Assembly: GCA_951406725.2 (NCBI GenBank) | Contig: OX597838.1 | Coordinates: 23,250,001-23,314,000, forward strand | DNA from: Octopus vulgaris | Lineage: Eukaryota | Direction: 5' to 3' | DNA length: 64,000 nt | Shown here: positions 62,563-64,000 of the stretch, piece by piece | Position numbering within the stretch: position 1 is the stretch's first letter | How the letters are laid out: each line of letters opens with the position of its first letter | Program-made: the position numbers and the translations under genes | Notes under the pieces: generated by a model | Seen by the model: the letters and a program-made list of their open reading frames with translations, nothing else | The model's database searches: none | Told to the model about the DNA's origin: nothing

Positions 62563-62889
62563 GACACACACACACACACACACACACACAAAGACAGATA
62601 CACACACACATAAAGGAACAAACAGCCAGACTCACAAACACACACACACAGATACATACAGGTATACAAATGGAGAAAGATATACAGGAACAGATATATA
62701 TAGACAGAGAGAAAGAGACACACAGGAGCATGCTTGCATCAACAAACTAAACACACATAGGAAATAGGTACAGACCACTGACTGGCAAGGGCTACAGCAT
62801 TGAGATCTGGTTCATACAACATCCCGCCATGGACGCAAATCAGAGCTGAATTTCTAACTGTGATCACTGGACTGCGTCGTATAGGATCT
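54746..62889 (-). CDS. USP48: Ubiquitin carboxyl-terminal hydrolase 48, 3' part (DUSP/UBL region); complement(join(54746..54798,55359..55407,56951..57076,57814..58305,59620..59855,60710..60837,62776..62889)), 5'-partial
   Basis: Seven GT-AG exons with consistent phases. Motifs match the USP48 C-terminus as I recall it: [74 protein letters not shown]. Confidence 0.93.
54963..55292 (+). mobile_element. Tc1-like transposon 5' fragment
   Basis: TA-caatatttcacagaagtatgtacacccct TIR-like start; transposase-like start [12 protein letters not shown] at 55256. Confidence 0.5.
55359..55407 (-). CDS. USP48: USP48 exon (49 bp)
   Basis: tcctag|GCT...ACA A|gtaagt; [16 protein letters not shown]. Confidence 0.9.
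56686..56915. mobile_element. piggyBac-type MITE family 1
   Basis: TTAAcccttt...aaagggTTAA. Confidence 0.8.
56951..57076 (-). CDS. USP48: USP48 exon (UBL domain)
   Basis: tctcag|ATC...AAG|gttagt; [42 protein letters not shown]. Confidence 0.93.
57814..58305 (-). CDS. USP48: USP48 exon with Thr/Ser low-complexity insert
   Basis: tctcag|GCT...CAG|gtaaat; 164 codons, AGGKRLKV...(T/S-rich)...[30 protein letters not shown]. Confidence 0.88.
58865..58992 (+). ncRNA. Minimal type I hammerhead ribozyme with long loop II
   Basis: atct CTGACGA ggcct-[~90 nt]-aggct GAAA c-AGCT-g TA agat; lies in an AT-rich insert (about 58795-59172) flanked by (TA)n. Confidence 0.68.
59620..59855 (-). CDS. USP48: USP48 exon
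   Basis: tttcag|CG...CAG|gtaaac; [31 protein letters not shown]...DPKDLDFQ. Confidence 0.9.
60710..60837 (-). CDS. USP48: USP48 exon
   Basis: gttcag|T ATC...CCT G|gtaagt; [42 protein letters not shown]. Confidence 0.9.
61975..62079 (-). pseudogene. Degenerate, out-of-order duplicate of the USP48 58305 exon start
   Basis: ttacag|GCTGGAGGTAAAcatCTCAAAGTT..., [23 protein letters not shown] versus [24 protein letters not shown]; stop after 33 codons. Confidence 0.75.
62776..62889 (-). CDS. USP48: USP48 exon
   Basis: tttcag|A GAT CCT...CAG TG|gtctgt (weak donor, chosen because the phase fits); [37 protein letters not shown]. Confidence 0.85.
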
Positions 62890-64000
62890 CTGAAATGGAA
62901 GAGAGACAGAGATGAAGAAATAACTGGAGACAAAGTAATCTAACACAGCTTAAACAAACTTGCAGTAAATATAAATTTGAAGGAAGGTGGTGAGCTGGCA
63001 GAAATGTTAGCACGCTGGGCAAAATACTGAGCGGCATTTCGTCTGTTTTTATGTTCTGAGTTCAAATTCTGCTGAGGTCGACTTTGCCTGTCATCCTTTC
63101 AGGATCGATAAAATAAGTACCAGTTGAATACTGGGGTTGATGTAATTGAATAACCTCCTCTCCAGAAGTTAATGGCCTCGTGCCAAAATTTGAAACTACA
63201 GTAATTCCTCACCATATCATGTTTCAACTATCACGGTTTATTATTTAAGCTTACATTAATTCCTCTGTGGTATTGCTTTACATTTATAATAAAATAAATA
63301 TATACAAATAAAAATAATTTTAAAATACACAGTGCAGTACTGATTCTACTTCATGGATTTTCACCTATCACGGGGGGTTTTGGAATGTAACACTCACGAT
63401 AGTCGAGGGATTATTGTATTGGGTTGTCTGGAAAGTTTATGCCGATTTTTAAAGGAAAGAAAAAGGTCAATAAATACTTGCCATTACATTTTTAATCAAC
63501 CAAATATGAACCATTTTGTTGCACAATGCGTCTCCCTCTATCCTTTAACTTTAATTCAAAACAATGGGAATAAATAAGTATTACATTTGTCAGAGTAATC
63601 TGAATGCTAAAGAGATAAAGAAATCCCCACCATAATAATGGTTTCAAATTTTGGCACAAGGTCAGCAATTTTGGGAGAGGGGTGAATTGATTATATCGAC
63701 CCCCCACAATATTCAACAGGTACTTATTTTACTGACCCCAAAAGATGAAAGACAAAAACCAACCTCGGCTGAATTTGAGCTCAGAACATAACGACGGACA
63801 AAATGCTGCTAAGAATCTTGCCTGACGGTGAGATTTAAGGAGATTATAAGGTGGCGAGTTGGCAGAAATGTTAGCACACCGGGCGAAATGCTTAGCGGTA
63901 TTTCGCCTGACTTTACATTCTTAGTTCAAATTCTGCCAAGGTCGACTTTGCCTTTCATCCTTTCGGGGTCGATAAATTAAATACCAGTTAGGCACTGGGG

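Overview
Eukaryotic (metazoan) genomic DNA, AT-rich and dense in microsatellites and SINEs. The repeat landscape suggests an octopus/coleoid cephalopod (inference, not proven). Two spliced protein-coding genes lie tail-to-tail. On + is an ANKRD13-family gene (ankyrin repeats, DUF3424/GPCR_chapero_1 region, four UIMs) with 13 coding exons at 3087-35439; its first coding exon is upstream of the window. On - are the last 7 coding exons of USP48 (62889-54746). Nearly all other ORFs in the track are microsatellite or repeat artefacts. Introns and intergenic DNA hold tRNA-derived SINEs, RTE and R4/Dong LINE remnants, piggyBac-type MITEs, mariner/Tc1 derivatives and Helentron-type elements. The most striking signal is a set of Penelope-like remnants carrying minimal type I hammerhead ribozymes. 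These include three unrelated fold-back insertions in (TA)n tracts that all have a spacer of exactly 17 nt, a hammerhead with a compensatory G3:C8 core, and a tRNA-headed SINE whose tail contains a hammerhead. Both genes also carry a misplaced, degenerate copy of one acceptor plus exon start.
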